A stretch of DNA of 64,000 nt from Patescibacteria group bacterium (GCA_040390725.1 JAZJXT010000003.1:34502-98501), one strand, 5' to 3'. Shown: positions 9,898-18,095, numbered from the stretch's first letter. Notes: generated by a model from the letters alone, not told the origin. Made by a program: numbers and translations.

Positions 9898-10673
9898 CTT
9901 TCTTTTGAGGAATTATTTTTTTCCAATTCCCAAATTAAGTTGAAAAGTTTTTCAAAGTTTTTTGCTATCTCTTGGTTGTCAATCAAGATACCTACAGCAT
10001 TATTTTTCTGAAATGTAATAATTGAAGTTAGTTGCTCGGTGATTTTTATATCCATACTGAAAGGGAAGATAGAATTTTGGAAAAATTTCGTTTCTCGCAG
10101 TTCTGATTCGGAATTGATGTTGATTTTATTGTCTGCCGGGGCGATAACCCTGTTTTTTATATTTAATTTTATTCTTTTCTTAATAAATTGCGGAAAGTAT
10201 TCAGGAATAAAAGATGCCATTTCCCCGCCATCTTCAAAACTGTCTATAAATTTACTTTTACTATTTAGGATTTGTTCGTATATATTTATAATACCTTCTT
10301 TACCCTCAAAAAATCTGACATTTGGTTTGCCTACTATTAAATTGTATTTAGAGGAAAGTGCACCGATGCCCGCGCCGACTATTTCTTTGGCGAGGTCTAG
10401 ATTCTTTTTATCCCTATCCATTTTATCTAACAATATAGAAGGGTGGGCGGGGTAGAATACCGCCACCGTGCCGGTACCGCCCTTTTTCTCTACTAAACCC
10501 ATATTTTCCAGCTGTTCTAGTATTTTATAAACCAAACCTCTTTTTATACCCGTCCAAGTTGAAAGCGGGCTGGCTTTTTGAGGGCCTTTATCCAGTAGGG
10601 ATTCATACACGATTGCTTGTTCTTCTGAAAGCCCCGCTTGTTTTAAAATATTTTCTTGATTTATATCTGTCAT
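9876..10673 (-). CDS. TrmB-family transcriptional regulator
   Basis: N-terminal winged HTH …AGLSEEQAIVYESLLDKGPQKASPLSTWTGIKRGLVYKILEQLENMGLVEKK… matches TrmB HTH; C-terminal effector domain. Confidence 0.75.
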   Translation of the reverse strand: MTDINQENILKQAGLSEEQAIVYESLLDKGPQKASPLSTWTGIKRGLVYKILEQLENMGLVEKKGGTGTVAVFYPAHPSILLDKMDRDKKNLDLAKEIVGAGIGALSSKYNLIVGKPNVRFFEGKEGIINIYEQILNSKSKFIDSFEDGGEMASFIPEYFPQFIKKRIKLNIKNRVIAPADNKININSESELRETKFFQNSIFPFSMDIKITEQLTSIITFQKNNAVGILIDNQEIAKNFEKLFNLIWELEKNNSSKESYAAKAD

Positions 10674-10696
10674 GTTTATAGCATAACATTTCTGTT

Positions 10697-10717
10697 TTTG
10701 TCATGCAAATATGACAA
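10697..10717. promoter_or_regulatory. Palindromic operator candidate upstream of the TrmB-family gene
   Basis: TTGTCAT-gcaaat-ATGACAA perfect 7-bp inverted repeat about 25 nt upstream of the regulator start codon; a DnaA-box-like TGTGGATAA follows at about 10718-10726. Confidence 0.4.
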
Positions 10718-10786
10718 TGTGGATAACTTTTATAACCTTATAAATAAAGGTTTTTTGTCTATTTATAAAATCTTTATCATGTCTTC

Positions 10787-10815
10787 TTGACATTTCTAAA
10801 CTAAAATGCTATACT
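10787..10815 (+). promoter_or_regulatory. Near-consensus sigma70-type promoter
   Basis: TTGACA-17 nt (…aaatgc)-TATACT; the same aatgcTAtACT architecture recurs at 17749 and 22353. Confidence 0.7.
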
Positions 10816-10819
10816 ATCC

Positions 10820-11215
10820 TCAGAAGGTTCGTTAAGGAGATTTCAGAAGATTGATGCCCACCTCTGATCCTGAGCATTGTTTCAACAAAGCACAGGACGG
10901 TACCTAAGCCGGTAAGTTAGGAAAGAGGAGAGAGTGAGCTGAGAGACAATCCTTTGAAATCTGTTTGCACCGCGGATTGCATAAATTGATATTGAGGCCG
11001 CAAACCCCAAATCAATGAAGCAACAAAGTCCGCAACCGTGTATACATCACTGCAAAGTGGTGAAGACATAGGCAGGTCGGAAGAGTCTAACCCTCTCTTG
11101 TGATCTGAAATGTCTTTATGAAGGAGCTGAATGTTTGAGGAGAAATATTCGGAGCACAAAGAGGAGAGAGACTTGCTTTGTGATAAAGATAAATTCATTG
11201 ACAACAAAATATTCT
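10820..11215 (+). ncRNA. Candidate non-coding RNA or long structured leader
   Basis: About 400 nt of GC-rich sequence after a consensus promoter with no ORF longer than 27 codons on this strand; internal direct repeat AAGAGGAGAGAG (about 10919 and 11160) and complementary CCCTCTCTT (about 11092). Confidence 0.35.
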
Positions 11216-11383
11216 GAAAGCGATTTCTTTTTTCTTAGTTGAATTAAAGAAATGGTATTTAGATATGCCTTATGAAGAAATTCGTGAGGGGAATATAAGT
11301 TTTTTCTTTTAACTTTTCTTTTTTGAGAGATATTTGTATATAAAATATTATATGTAAGTACCTCTCACAATAAAGAGAGTTAC

Positions 11384-11563
11384 ATGACAGATCAAAAAAT
11401 TTTAGCTCTGCGCGCGGCAGGGATAAATGTTATCGGGAAGATAGTTCTTCCTGGTGATAAAAAAACCGCCACCAAGAAGGTGGCAAAAAAACATTTTAAA
11501 CCTTTTTTCGGTGGTTATACCATCGGAGAAGTTTTGAAAGCTCAGGGTATCTCTTTGGGATAA
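11384..11563 (+). CDS. Small basic protein, 59 aa (below ORF-track cutoff), hypothetical
   Basis: Hand translation: MTDQKILALRAAGINVIGKIVLPGDKKTATKKVAKKHFKPFFGGYTIGEVLKAQGISLG*; purine-rich aaagagag 8 nt upstream; followed by an AGGGTTAA-hairpin module. Confidence 0.4.
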   Translation: MTDQKILALRAAGINVIGKIVLPGDKKTATKKVAKKHFKPFFGGYTIGEVLKAQGISLG

Positions 11564-11782
11564 GCTGAGTAAAAGTGTGAGTATCACTTTCAAAAAACTG
11601 CTCACTAGGGGTTAGGGTTAAAAACTAAAATGCTGAATTATTACAATTCAGCACCTTATTCAGTTCATTATTTTAAATGGTGGATTGATAGGGAAACATT
11701 TTCGTTCCTTTTTCATTCTTGCGGGATATTTTTACATATTAATTTGTGTATGAATACCCCGCAAAAATTTAAACGGGTTAAA

Positions 11783-12157
11783 ATGAATTATTTAGAAATT
11801 ATTGGCTACATTTCGGACATGGCCGGAGCCATTGGTGGAATAGTTTCCGCCATTGGAATTTTTACGCTTTTAGCGCAGAAAAGACGCGAAGAGCAAAATA
11901 TTTCTGTCTTCTTTAGGGTGATTGAAGAAGACCGGAATATTTTATTGCCCTTCGAACTTGTTCGGAGGGATATTTCCCGAGCTGAAATTCTTGGGAGAAT
12001 GGGCATGTTGCCCATTCAAGAAAAATCAGGAAGATTTTCTATTCGAGGGCTACTGTCTTCGGAGTTTTTAAAAAATCTAAATGAAATTCGCGAGGGTAAA
12101 ACCTCGGTTCTTCATATTTCTATCACCCAAAAGGAATTGGAGCAGTTTGTGCTTTGA
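11783..12157 (+). CDS. Hypothetical protein: N-terminal TM helix plus about 90-aa soluble domain (ORFan)
   Basis: MNYLEIIGYISDMAGAIGGIVSAIGIFTLLAQKRR… hydrophobic helix then charged domain; GC about 45% versus about 30% in flanks; conserved leader module upstream. Confidence 0.5.
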   Translation: MNYLEIIGYISDMAGAIGGIVSAIGIFTLLAQKRREEQNISVFFRVIEEDRNILLPFELVRRDISRAEILGRMGMLPIQEKSGRFSIRGLLSSEFLKNLNEIREGKTSVLHISITQKELEQFVL

Positions 12158-12247
12158 TTCTTTTTGAAAGGGTTACTGTTAGACCTAAAAAACAGCGCAG
12201 AACCTGTAGGGCGTAACACGAAAGGAGATTTTTTTAACCATTCAAAA

Positions 12248-12553
12248 ATGGCAAAAAAAATTATTGACTTGTCTTTAACGACAGAAAATCCTTTGTATAA
12301 AGGATGCTCTGTAGAAGAGGTTGCAGGTCGTCAAACTTTAACCACTCCCTTGGAGGAGGCGGTGAATATTGTGGGCAGAAATGCTGATGCAATAGTCAAA
12401 GCCGACACCGAGAGAGACGAGGTAGTTCTGACTGGCCCTATGGCTATTTGGAGCTACCTTATAGTATTTCACGCGGTCGTTCATGCTTACCGTCGTGTTT
12501 ACTATAGTGACGGTAGAGGAGGTAAAGACCTTCTCATCGCTGCTCACGGTTAG
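12248..12553 (+). CDS. Hypothetical protein, about 100 aa (ORFan)
   Basis: MAKKIIDLSLTTENPLYKGCSVEEVAGRQ…VVLTGPMAIWSYLIVFHAVVHAYRRVYYSDGRGG…; likely cotranscribed with 11783-12157. Confidence 0.45.
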   Translation: MAKKIIDLSLTTENPLYKGCSVEEVAGRQTLTTPLEEAVNIVGRNADAIVKADTERDEVVLTGPMAIWSYLIVFHAVVHAYRRVYYSDGRGGKDLLIAAHG

Positions 12554-12638
12554 GAAAAGACAAAACGAGGGAGCAGGCATGCGTTAAAACCTCAAATGAA
12601 AGTTGTACTGATACATGCGACAAAGATGCAAAGTATTA

Positions 12639-12763
12639 AGGGTTAATTTTGGAGGACGAAGGTTAAAAACTTTCGCGCCTCCTCTTTATTCAGATTTTTA
12701 CGCTTTAAGCGTAGAAGTTTGATAGGGAGACTTATTTTTTGTCTTTGTGGGATATTTGTACAT
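12639..12763 (+). repeat. Intergenic module copy A: AGGGTTAA, hairpin, TCTTTATTCAG, TTGATAGGGAGA, GGGATATTTGTACAT
   Basis: Shares ordered blocks with copies at 11611-11737, 14770-14870 and 15464-15565; hairpin ggaggacgaaggttaaaaactttcgcgcctcc followed by a T-rich tract. Confidence 0.6.
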
Positions 12764-12816
12764 TATGTAAATTGTATTTATTTTGTGTGTAAGTATCCCT
12801 TAAAGACGGGAATTAG

Positions 12817-13614
12817 ATGAATCCAGAAAAGTTTAAAGACCTCGTTCAAAAAGCGAGGATACTCTATCCTGACAACAGGGTGGAGGAAAGCGGGGATACT
12901 AACCCCGCGCCATATGTTTTTCTTACAGAGGAGGACAAAAAGGCGGGACCCACCGCTGTGGCAAAAAAATATAAAATGACGAAAGGGGTCGCGTATCGCG
13001 CTCTGAGTAGTTACGGATTTTTCCGTCCGTGGTATTTAAACACCAAAGAGGAAAAAAAACGTACTCCGGCTCACCATCGGAGAAATCAGGTATTCATGCC
13101 TAGTCAATGGGCAATGGAGAATCCTGAGATAATAATTAAGGCAGCTCGCCAGGCTGCCCAAAGAGAGCTTCGTTCTCGTTTTGGCTCGTTTCGTTTTACT
13201 CATGATGAATTTCAAGATATCGTGAGTGAGACAATAGTTCGCATGTATGCGAACTCGAGCAAGTGGGATCGGAGCAAGTATAGTTCCGATTTTGCGATGG
13301 CGTTGTTCGGTGGTTTTAGACATGTACGATCTGCAATAAATTTCGTACTGTTCAGAAAGGCTGAACAGCAAATCCCTTTTTCTACTTTCCTTGGAGCGGA
13401 AGGCGGTGAAGAAAAATGGTCGGCGCTTGAAGACGAAGCGTCGCTTGATGCCCAATCTCTTTTGGAGACAAAGGAGATTTTGAAAAATGTTGAACAAGCT
13501 ATTGTTGCCACTTACGGCCCAAAAACTTGGACAAAAATTTGGAGATGGGCAAACTCCAACAGGGTAAACATGCCGGAGGAGTATCGCAAGATACTAGAGA
13601 CATGTTTAAACTGA
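12817..13614 (+). CDS. Hypothetical protein, 265 aa (ORFan); weak resemblance to sigma-70 region 2
   Basis: Segment EFQDIVSETIVRMYANSSKWDRSKYSSDFAMALFGGFRHVRSAINFVLFRK loosely follows the sigma r2.1-2.4 pattern (DLVQETFLKAW…FSTWLYRIARN); no clear region-4 HTH. Confidence 0.45.
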   Translation: MNPEKFKDLVQKARILYPDNRVEESGDTNPAPYVFLTEEDKKAGPTAVAKKYKMTKGVAYRALSSYGFFRPWYLNTKEEKKRTPAHHRRNQVFMPSQWAMENPEIIIKAARQAAQRELRSRFGSFRFTHDEFQDIVSETIVRMYANSSKWDRSKYSSDFAMALFGGFRHVRSAINFVLFRKAEQQIPFSTFLGAEGGEEKWSALEDEASLDAQSLLETKEILKNVEQAIVATYGPKTWTKIWRWANSNRVNMPEEYRKILETCLN

Positions 13615-14309
13615 AAACAATTTTGCCTTTATCCGCTCCAGGAGTGAATAAGGTAAAACTCTCTGCCAAGGAGGGTGCTGTATATCAGCGAATACTTGGA
13701 CTTGCTCAGAAAGCGTGTATGCGCGCGCTTTTAAGTAAAGACATAGACGGCGCGTATTTCAATGCTGTCTATTTAGAGGATCGCTGTTTCCAGATTAAGG
13801 TGAAGCCGAAAATTGGGCTGAAGTTTAATCTGAACATATATTTGTTTCAGTTTTTTTCTTGCTGGTCGGACAACAATGTCGCCAACAGGGCTGAAGTGAA
13901 TATAAAAAACGATGACGAGGAGGAAGAAATTCTTCGCGTTCTCGTTGAAGCGATCAGAGCCAAAACGACTTCTTTCCGCGCGGGCTTTATGGCGGAAGAA
14001 GTTGTTGGAAATATGCTGGCGGACATGGCTGGTAAAAAAATGATTATCAAATACAAAAAATCTTTCCAGTTGGAAGATTTGGCGGGAGTTGATTTTTATT
14101 TTTCCGTTTTGGACTTTTTGGGATTTGTGGTTGAAATTCCACTACAAGTAAAAAGTTCAGTGGGGGGTCAAGCAAGGCATGAAAAAAAGCATGCTGACAT
14201 TCCCTCGCTCGTAGTCCGTCCTGAAACTTCCGAAGAAGAGTTGCAGGAAAAAATCATGAAAATTGCCGGCGCATATTCGGCAAAATTCAAAAAGGTTCTT
14301 CATGTTTAA
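13602..14309 (+). CDS. Hypothetical protein, 236 aa (ORFan)
   Basis: Start ATGTTTAAACTGA overlaps the upstream stop by 13 nt, suggesting translational coupling; track ORF starts at 13527. Confidence 0.45.
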   Translation: MFKLKTILPLSAPGVNKVKLSAKEGAVYQRILGLAQKACMRALLSKDIDGAYFNAVYLEDRCFQIKVKPKIGLKFNLNIYLFQFFSCWSDNNVANRAEVNIKNDDEEEEILRVLVEAIRAKTTSFRAGFMAEEVVGNMLADMAGKKMIIKYKKSFQLEDLAGVDFYFSVLDFLGFVVEIPLQVKSSVGGQARHEKKHADIPSLVVRPETSEEELQEKIMKIAGAYSAKFKKVLHV

Positions 14310-14340
14310 TTTGTTTTTGTTCACTTAAATTTTTTTCATT

Positions 14341-14706
14341 ATGGCAGTTATCACCGCAAAAAAACTTACGGATTTTTTTATTCGTAAGTCAGACAAAGGG
14401 GAGGTCCTCTTTGCTGATGGACAAACCGGCATGCGTTGTCGGCTCGGATTGTGCATTCGCACAATTTGGGAAAGTCCCAACGGGTTTGTTCCACAACCCG
14501 AGAAACATATTTTTGCAGTCAGTAGTGGAAGACTGGCTGACTTCGGAGTGGCATATGTCACATCTGAAACCCGTTCCATTGATCCGGACTTGCCAGGCAA
14601 GCCGGTAATGGTGGATTTTCTTGAAATTGGTGGTGTGTTTTATTACACCATTATTTTTGAGAAAAAAGAGCGACCACGGGCGCTCGAAAAAAGAAACTGG
14701 AATTAA
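14341..14706 (+). CDS. Hypothetical protein, 121 aa (ORFan)
   Basis: Intact ORF with island-type GC; followed by module copy B. Confidence 0.4.
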   Translation: MAVITAKKLTDFFIRKSDKGEVLFADGQTGMRCRLGLCIRTIWESPNGFVPQPEKHIFAVSSGRLADFGVAYVTSETRSIDPDLPGKPVMVDFLEIGGVFYYTIIFEKKERPRALEKRNWN

Positions 14707-14769
14707 TTCAGTTTTTTTTGCAATAGCTCTTGCCTATGAAGGTCGGCTTTGCCAGCAAGAATGTATCCT

Positions 14770-14870
14770 AGGGTTAATTTATTTGGGAGGAGTGGAATTG
14801 AACTTCACTCCTCCTCTTTATTCAGATTTTCAATTTTTAAATATTTTAAATTGGAAGTTTGATAGGGAGA
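14770..14870 (+). repeat. Intergenic module copy B: AGGGTTAA, hairpin, TCTTTATTCAG, TTGATAGGGAGA
   Basis: agggttaattta…gggaggagtggaattgaacttcactcctcctc-tttattcagatttt…ggaagtttgatagggagatg; identical block order to copy A. Confidence 0.6.
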
Positions 14871-14945
14871 TGCCGAAACCCAAAGAAAAAGTAGGAGAAT
14901 TAAAAACTTATTAAGTCCCCCGATGTCGTAAGGGGGCAGAAAAAA

Positions 14946-15464
14946 ATGGAATTTCTTGAAAAAGAAAAACCCCAACACGGTATCTCTTCTGGAGAAACTG
15001 TGTTCGGGTATTTTGCCCCTGACAAAACTTTACAAAAAGTTACGGGGTCAAAATTCGCCGAAATTTTGAAAAACTCTTCTTGGAAGAGTCAAGCCGGATA
15101 TTTCGGTGATGTCGATGAAGGGAACTGGGTCTCTTCCAAAAATAAGGAGGAAGTAACTCAACAGGTTCTTTCTGCGTGGAAAGAACTTGTTGGGGATAAA
15201 TACCCACATCCAAATGGGTATTGCTTATCCCTAGAAAAAGCCGTTAAGGTTTTAAAAGGGACCCCCGTCATTTATGAGGGGGAGGATAATTTTTTCATTT
15301 CCGGTAAGCCATATTATGGGCAGGGGAAGTGGAAATATTATAAAAACCTGAAAATGGAGGATATTTTTTGTCTCCCATTTAATGGGTATTACCCGGAGAA
15401 ATTATTTTTTTCGAGAGAAGAAATTCTCTCTGTCTGCAACACAAATTTGCAGTTTCCGGGGTAG
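14946..15464 (+). CDS. Hypothetical protein, 172 aa (ORFan, Gly/Tyr/Lys-rich)
   Basis: Intact ORF; small hairpin gtcccccgatgtcgtaagggggc just upstream of the ATG. Confidence 0.4.
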   Translation: MEFLEKEKPQHGISSGETVFGYFAPDKTLQKVTGSKFAEILKNSSWKSQAGYFGDVDEGNWVSSKNKEEVTQQVLSAWKELVGDKYPHPNGYCLSLEKAVKVLKGTPVIYEGEDNFFISGKPYYGQGKWKYYKNLKMEDIFCLPFNGYYPEKLFFSREEILSVCNTNLQFPG

Positions 15465-15478
15465 GGGTTAATATTTCA

Positions 15479-15515
15479 GAAAGGTTTGATAATTTCAAAC
15501 CTTTCTAACTTTTTC
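15479..15515 (+). terminator. Rho-independent terminator ending the island's last gene
   Basis: gaaaggtttgataatttcaaacctttc hairpin then taactttttcagttt; preceded by AGGGGTTAA overlapping the stop codon. Confidence 0.6.
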
Positions 15516-15722
15516 AGTTTATTATTTAACAGCTTACAAGCTTGTTGAATAGTGGATTGATAGGGCCCAGAAATTTTAAAAAAGTTTTTTAAAATTTCTG
15601 GGCGGGAAAAGCCCGGTTCAAAATTAAAATAACGTGCTGTTCTTTCTCGTCTCACAACAGAAAGAACAGCAAAAATCTCTCTCCTCTCGTTATTTGTTTT
15701 TTGAGCCGGACTTTTCTTTAGA

Positions 15723-16715
15723 TTATTTCTTCATCTCTCTTAAATCCGCCACTTCGTCCGTCTCGTCCATTATTTCGCCGACGAGCTGTTCGACGACGTC
15801 TTCGAGGGTGACGATGCCGGAAGTTCCGCCGAATTCGTCTTTGACTACTGCCATGTGGTTTTTACTTTTTTGGAATATCGGCATCAAGTGGTCGAGTTTT
15901 ATATTTTCTTTTACTTTTATTATATTTTTAGCAAATTCTTCTATTTTTTTATTTTCTTCTCCACGGATAGAGGCTTGTAGTAAATCAAGAGTGCGCACGA
16001 ATCCTATAATTGTGTCAAAGTTTTTATCATATACAGGGTATCTGGAGAAAGGAGCATTTTGTAGTCTTGGAATTACGTCAGCCAAAGTCTCACCTTGTTT
16101 TAAGCATTCCATTACTGTGCGCGGTGTCATGATGTCTTTTGCTGTCAGATCATTCATTGTAAAAGCTTTTTCAATAATTTCTCTTTCGCCTTGTTCTATT
16201 GAGCCTTCCATGTGTCCTACTCGCGAAAGTATTTTTAACTCTTCTTCTGAAGTTGTTTTTCTGACTTCCGCGAAGTTTTTAGTGAAAAGTTCCACAAACC
16301 AAGCAATAGGGGTAAATATTTTTGATAAAAAAAGTATAGGCCTCGCAGTTGTTAAGGAGATGATTTCCGAGTATTTTTCTCCTATTGTTTTTGGTATTAT
16401 TTCTGCGAAAAGAATTATAGATATTGTGACTACTGCAGATATTGCACCTACAAACTTATGGTCATATATTTTTGCCGCATAAAAACCGACGAATATACTG
16501 CCGGCAATACTTACGACATTGTTTAATATAACTAAGGTAATTATGGGGCGATTTATCTTATTTTTTATTTTCAAAAGAGTATTTGCCCCAAAAACTTTCT
16601 TGTCTTTTAATGCTTCGGCGCGCGTGGCGGAAATTGTAAAAATAGCCGCTTCGGACATAGCGAAAATTCCCGAAAGAAAGATTATTAGTAAAACTATGAT
16701 AATTAAAAGTCCCAT
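15723..16715 (-). CDS. CNNM/CorC-HlyC family protein (DUF21 TM domain + tandem CBS), putative Mg/Co efflux
   Basis: N-terminal multi-TM DUF21-like region, two CBS-like repeats (…LTAKDIMTPRTVM…), C-terminal CorC_HlyC-like tail. Confidence 0.7.
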   Translation of the reverse strand: MGLLIIIVLLIIFLSGIFAMSEAAIFTISATRAEALKDKKVFGANTLLKIKNKINRPIITLVILNNVVSIAGSIFVGFYAAKIYDHKFVGAISAVVTISIILFAEIIPKTIGEKYSEIISLTTARPILFLSKIFTPIAWFVELFTKNFAEVRKTTSEEELKILSRVGHMEGSIEQGEREIIEKAFTMNDLTAKDIMTPRTVMECLKQGETLADVIPRLQNAPFSRYPVYDKNFDTIIGFVRTLDLLQASIRGEENKKIEEFAKNIIKVKENIKLDHLMPIFQKSKNHMAVVKDEFGGTSGIVTLEDVVEQLVGEIMDETDEVADLREMKK

Positions 16716-16723
16716 AATGTTTT

Positions 16724-17755
16724 TTAAATTAATTTATTTTGTACATTCTCTGGTAAGTCGAAACCCAAATGTGTGTAAGCTTTTTCTGTGGCGACGCGTC
16801 CGCGGGCGGTGCGTTCGAGTAGTCCGAGTTGTATAAGGTACGGTTCGATGACTTCTTCGACTGTGGCTTCTTCTTCGGAAAGTGCCGCGCAGATTGTTTT
16901 TAATCCTACTGGTCCACCGTTGAATTTTTCAATTAAAACTTCTAAGAATTTTCTATCTGATGCATTCAAACCTATTTCATCTATCGAGAGCATGTCGAGA
17001 GCTTCTTTAACCGTTTTTTTATCCAAGCTTTTTTTGTGTACTTGCGCATAGTCACGAACTCTTTTTAGAAAATAATTCGCAGTACGAGGAGTGAACCTAC
17101 TTCTTTTTGCAATTTCTTTTAATCCTTCTTCTTCGAGTTCCGTTTCTAAAAGCTTGCTTGAACGTTTTACTATTTCCGCAATTTCTTCATTTGAATAAAA
17201 TTCTAATCTGAAAACTCCGCCGGAAAATCGGGAACGAAGAGGGGAGGATATTAATGCCACACGCGTCGTCGCTGCTATCAAAGTAAAAGGAGGCAAGTCG
17301 AGCTGAATAGTTCTTGCCGAAGGGCCCTTGCCTATGATGATATCCAGCACTCCGGACTCCATTGCTGGATAAAGTATTTCCTCCACCATTTTATTTAGTC
17401 TGTGAATTTCGTCTATAAAGATAATATCGCCTGGGGAAAGGTTGGTCAGGATGCTTGCCAAGTCACCGACTTTTTCAATTGCCGGGCCGGAAGTTATTTT
17501 CATTTGTCTGCCAGTTTCTTTGGCTATGAGGTGTGCCAAAGTGGTTTTGCCGAGCCCTGGGGGGCCATAAAAAAGGATGTGTTCGGGTATGTGCCCGCGT
17601 TCTTCCGCAGCTCGTAATAGGATATTTAGGTTGTCTTTTATGTGTTTTTGGCCGATATAGTCGTCCCAACGGCTAGGGCGCAAGGCCTGGTCGAGGATTA
17701 CATCCTCGACTCTTGTTTTCTCTTCTTTGTTTTTGTTGTTATTTTCGCTTGACAT
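16724..17755 (-). CDS. ruvB: Holliday junction branch-migration ATPase RuvB
   Basis: Walker A GPPGLGKTTLAHLIAKE, AAA+ and winged-helix C-terminus; 343 aa. Confidence 0.92.
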   Translation of the reverse strand: MSSENNNKNKEEKTRVEDVILDQALRPSRWDDYIGQKHIKDNLNILLRAAEERGHIPEHILFYGPPGLGKTTLAHLIAKETGRQMKITSGPAIEKVGDLASILTNLSPGDIIFIDEIHRLNKMVEEILYPAMESGVLDIIIGKGPSARTIQLDLPPFTLIAATTRVALISSPLRSRFSGGVFRLEFYSNEEIAEIVKRSSKLLETELEEEGLKEIAKRSRFTPRTANYFLKRVRDYAQVHKKSLDKKTVKEALDMLSIDEIGLNASDRKFLEVLIEKFNGGPVGLKTICAALSEEEATVEEVIEPYLIQLGLLERTARGRVATEKAYTHLGFDLPENVQNKLI

Positions 17756-17776
17756 TTATTTTTAATATGCTATACT
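17749..17776 (+). promoter_or_regulatory. Plus-strand sigma70-type promoter overlapping the ruvB start codon
   Basis: TTGACA-16 nt (…atatgc)-TATACT, firing into the 340-nt ruvB-pilB spacer. Confidence 0.5.
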
Positions 17777-18023
17777 CTCCCAAGTGTTCGTTTGGAGCTA
17801 TTCACACAATATCCACATTATAGCATTTACAGGATTTTGAATATAGTATAATAGATAGGTAAGAGATCACTAATCTCTAAGCAATCAGCCCCTGGTTATA
17901 CAGGTTTGCGTAGGACGTCTTGGCACTTTTATTAGTTCGCTGGCACCATCCTTCAAGAATTTGTTACTTTTGAAGCTCAGTTTTAAAAGGATTGTTTAGA
18001 GATTAGTGTTTTTTTATTTTTAG

Positions 18024-18095
18024 GAACTTAATTATGAAAAATTTTCTGGCGGACAAAACGGGGCCAGTGCCCGCAGGCGAAAATCTTTATAATTA
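18024..18095. repeat. Long inverted repeat/hairpin (13-bp outer stem)
   Basis: ggaacttaattat…(45 nt with inner ctggcgg/ccgcagg pairing)…ataattaagttcc; directly downstream of the pilB-like stop. Confidence 0.5.

Noticed and set aside
10917-11207. 96-aa minus-strand ORF inside the candidate ncRNA region
   Set aside because: Ser/Leu low-complexity translation with no start context; its existence reflects GC-rich purine/pyrimidine strand bias rather than coding.
10820-11215. tmRNA / RNase P RNA / SRP RNA identity for the ncRNA candidates (also 17787-18095 and 22975-23226)
   Set aside because: Looked for the RNase P P4 AGGAAAGUCCGGGC motif, the tmRNA tRNA-like GGUUCGA…CCA end and an Ala-ending tag frame, and the SRP domain IV GGAA-tetraloop context. 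None were convincingly present, so no named RNA family is asserted.
13036-13511. Two overlapping minus-strand ORFs (153 and 99 aa)
   Set aside because: Antisense to the island protein 12817-13614, which has the better coding signal and start context; shadow ORFs.
10690-15600. Calling the GC-rich island a prophage, integrative element or CRISPR locus
   Set aside because: No integrase/recombinase, transposase, capsid/terminase-like or Cas gene, and no flanking direct repeats are detectable; the repeated modules occur only 2-4 times and are not CRISPR-like. Left as an uncharacterised island.
15634-16482. 282-aa plus-strand ORF
   Set aside because: Lies entirely antisense within the well-supported CorC/CNNM-like gene (15723-16715, minus) and has low-complexity Ser/Phe-rich composition; treated as a shadow ORF.
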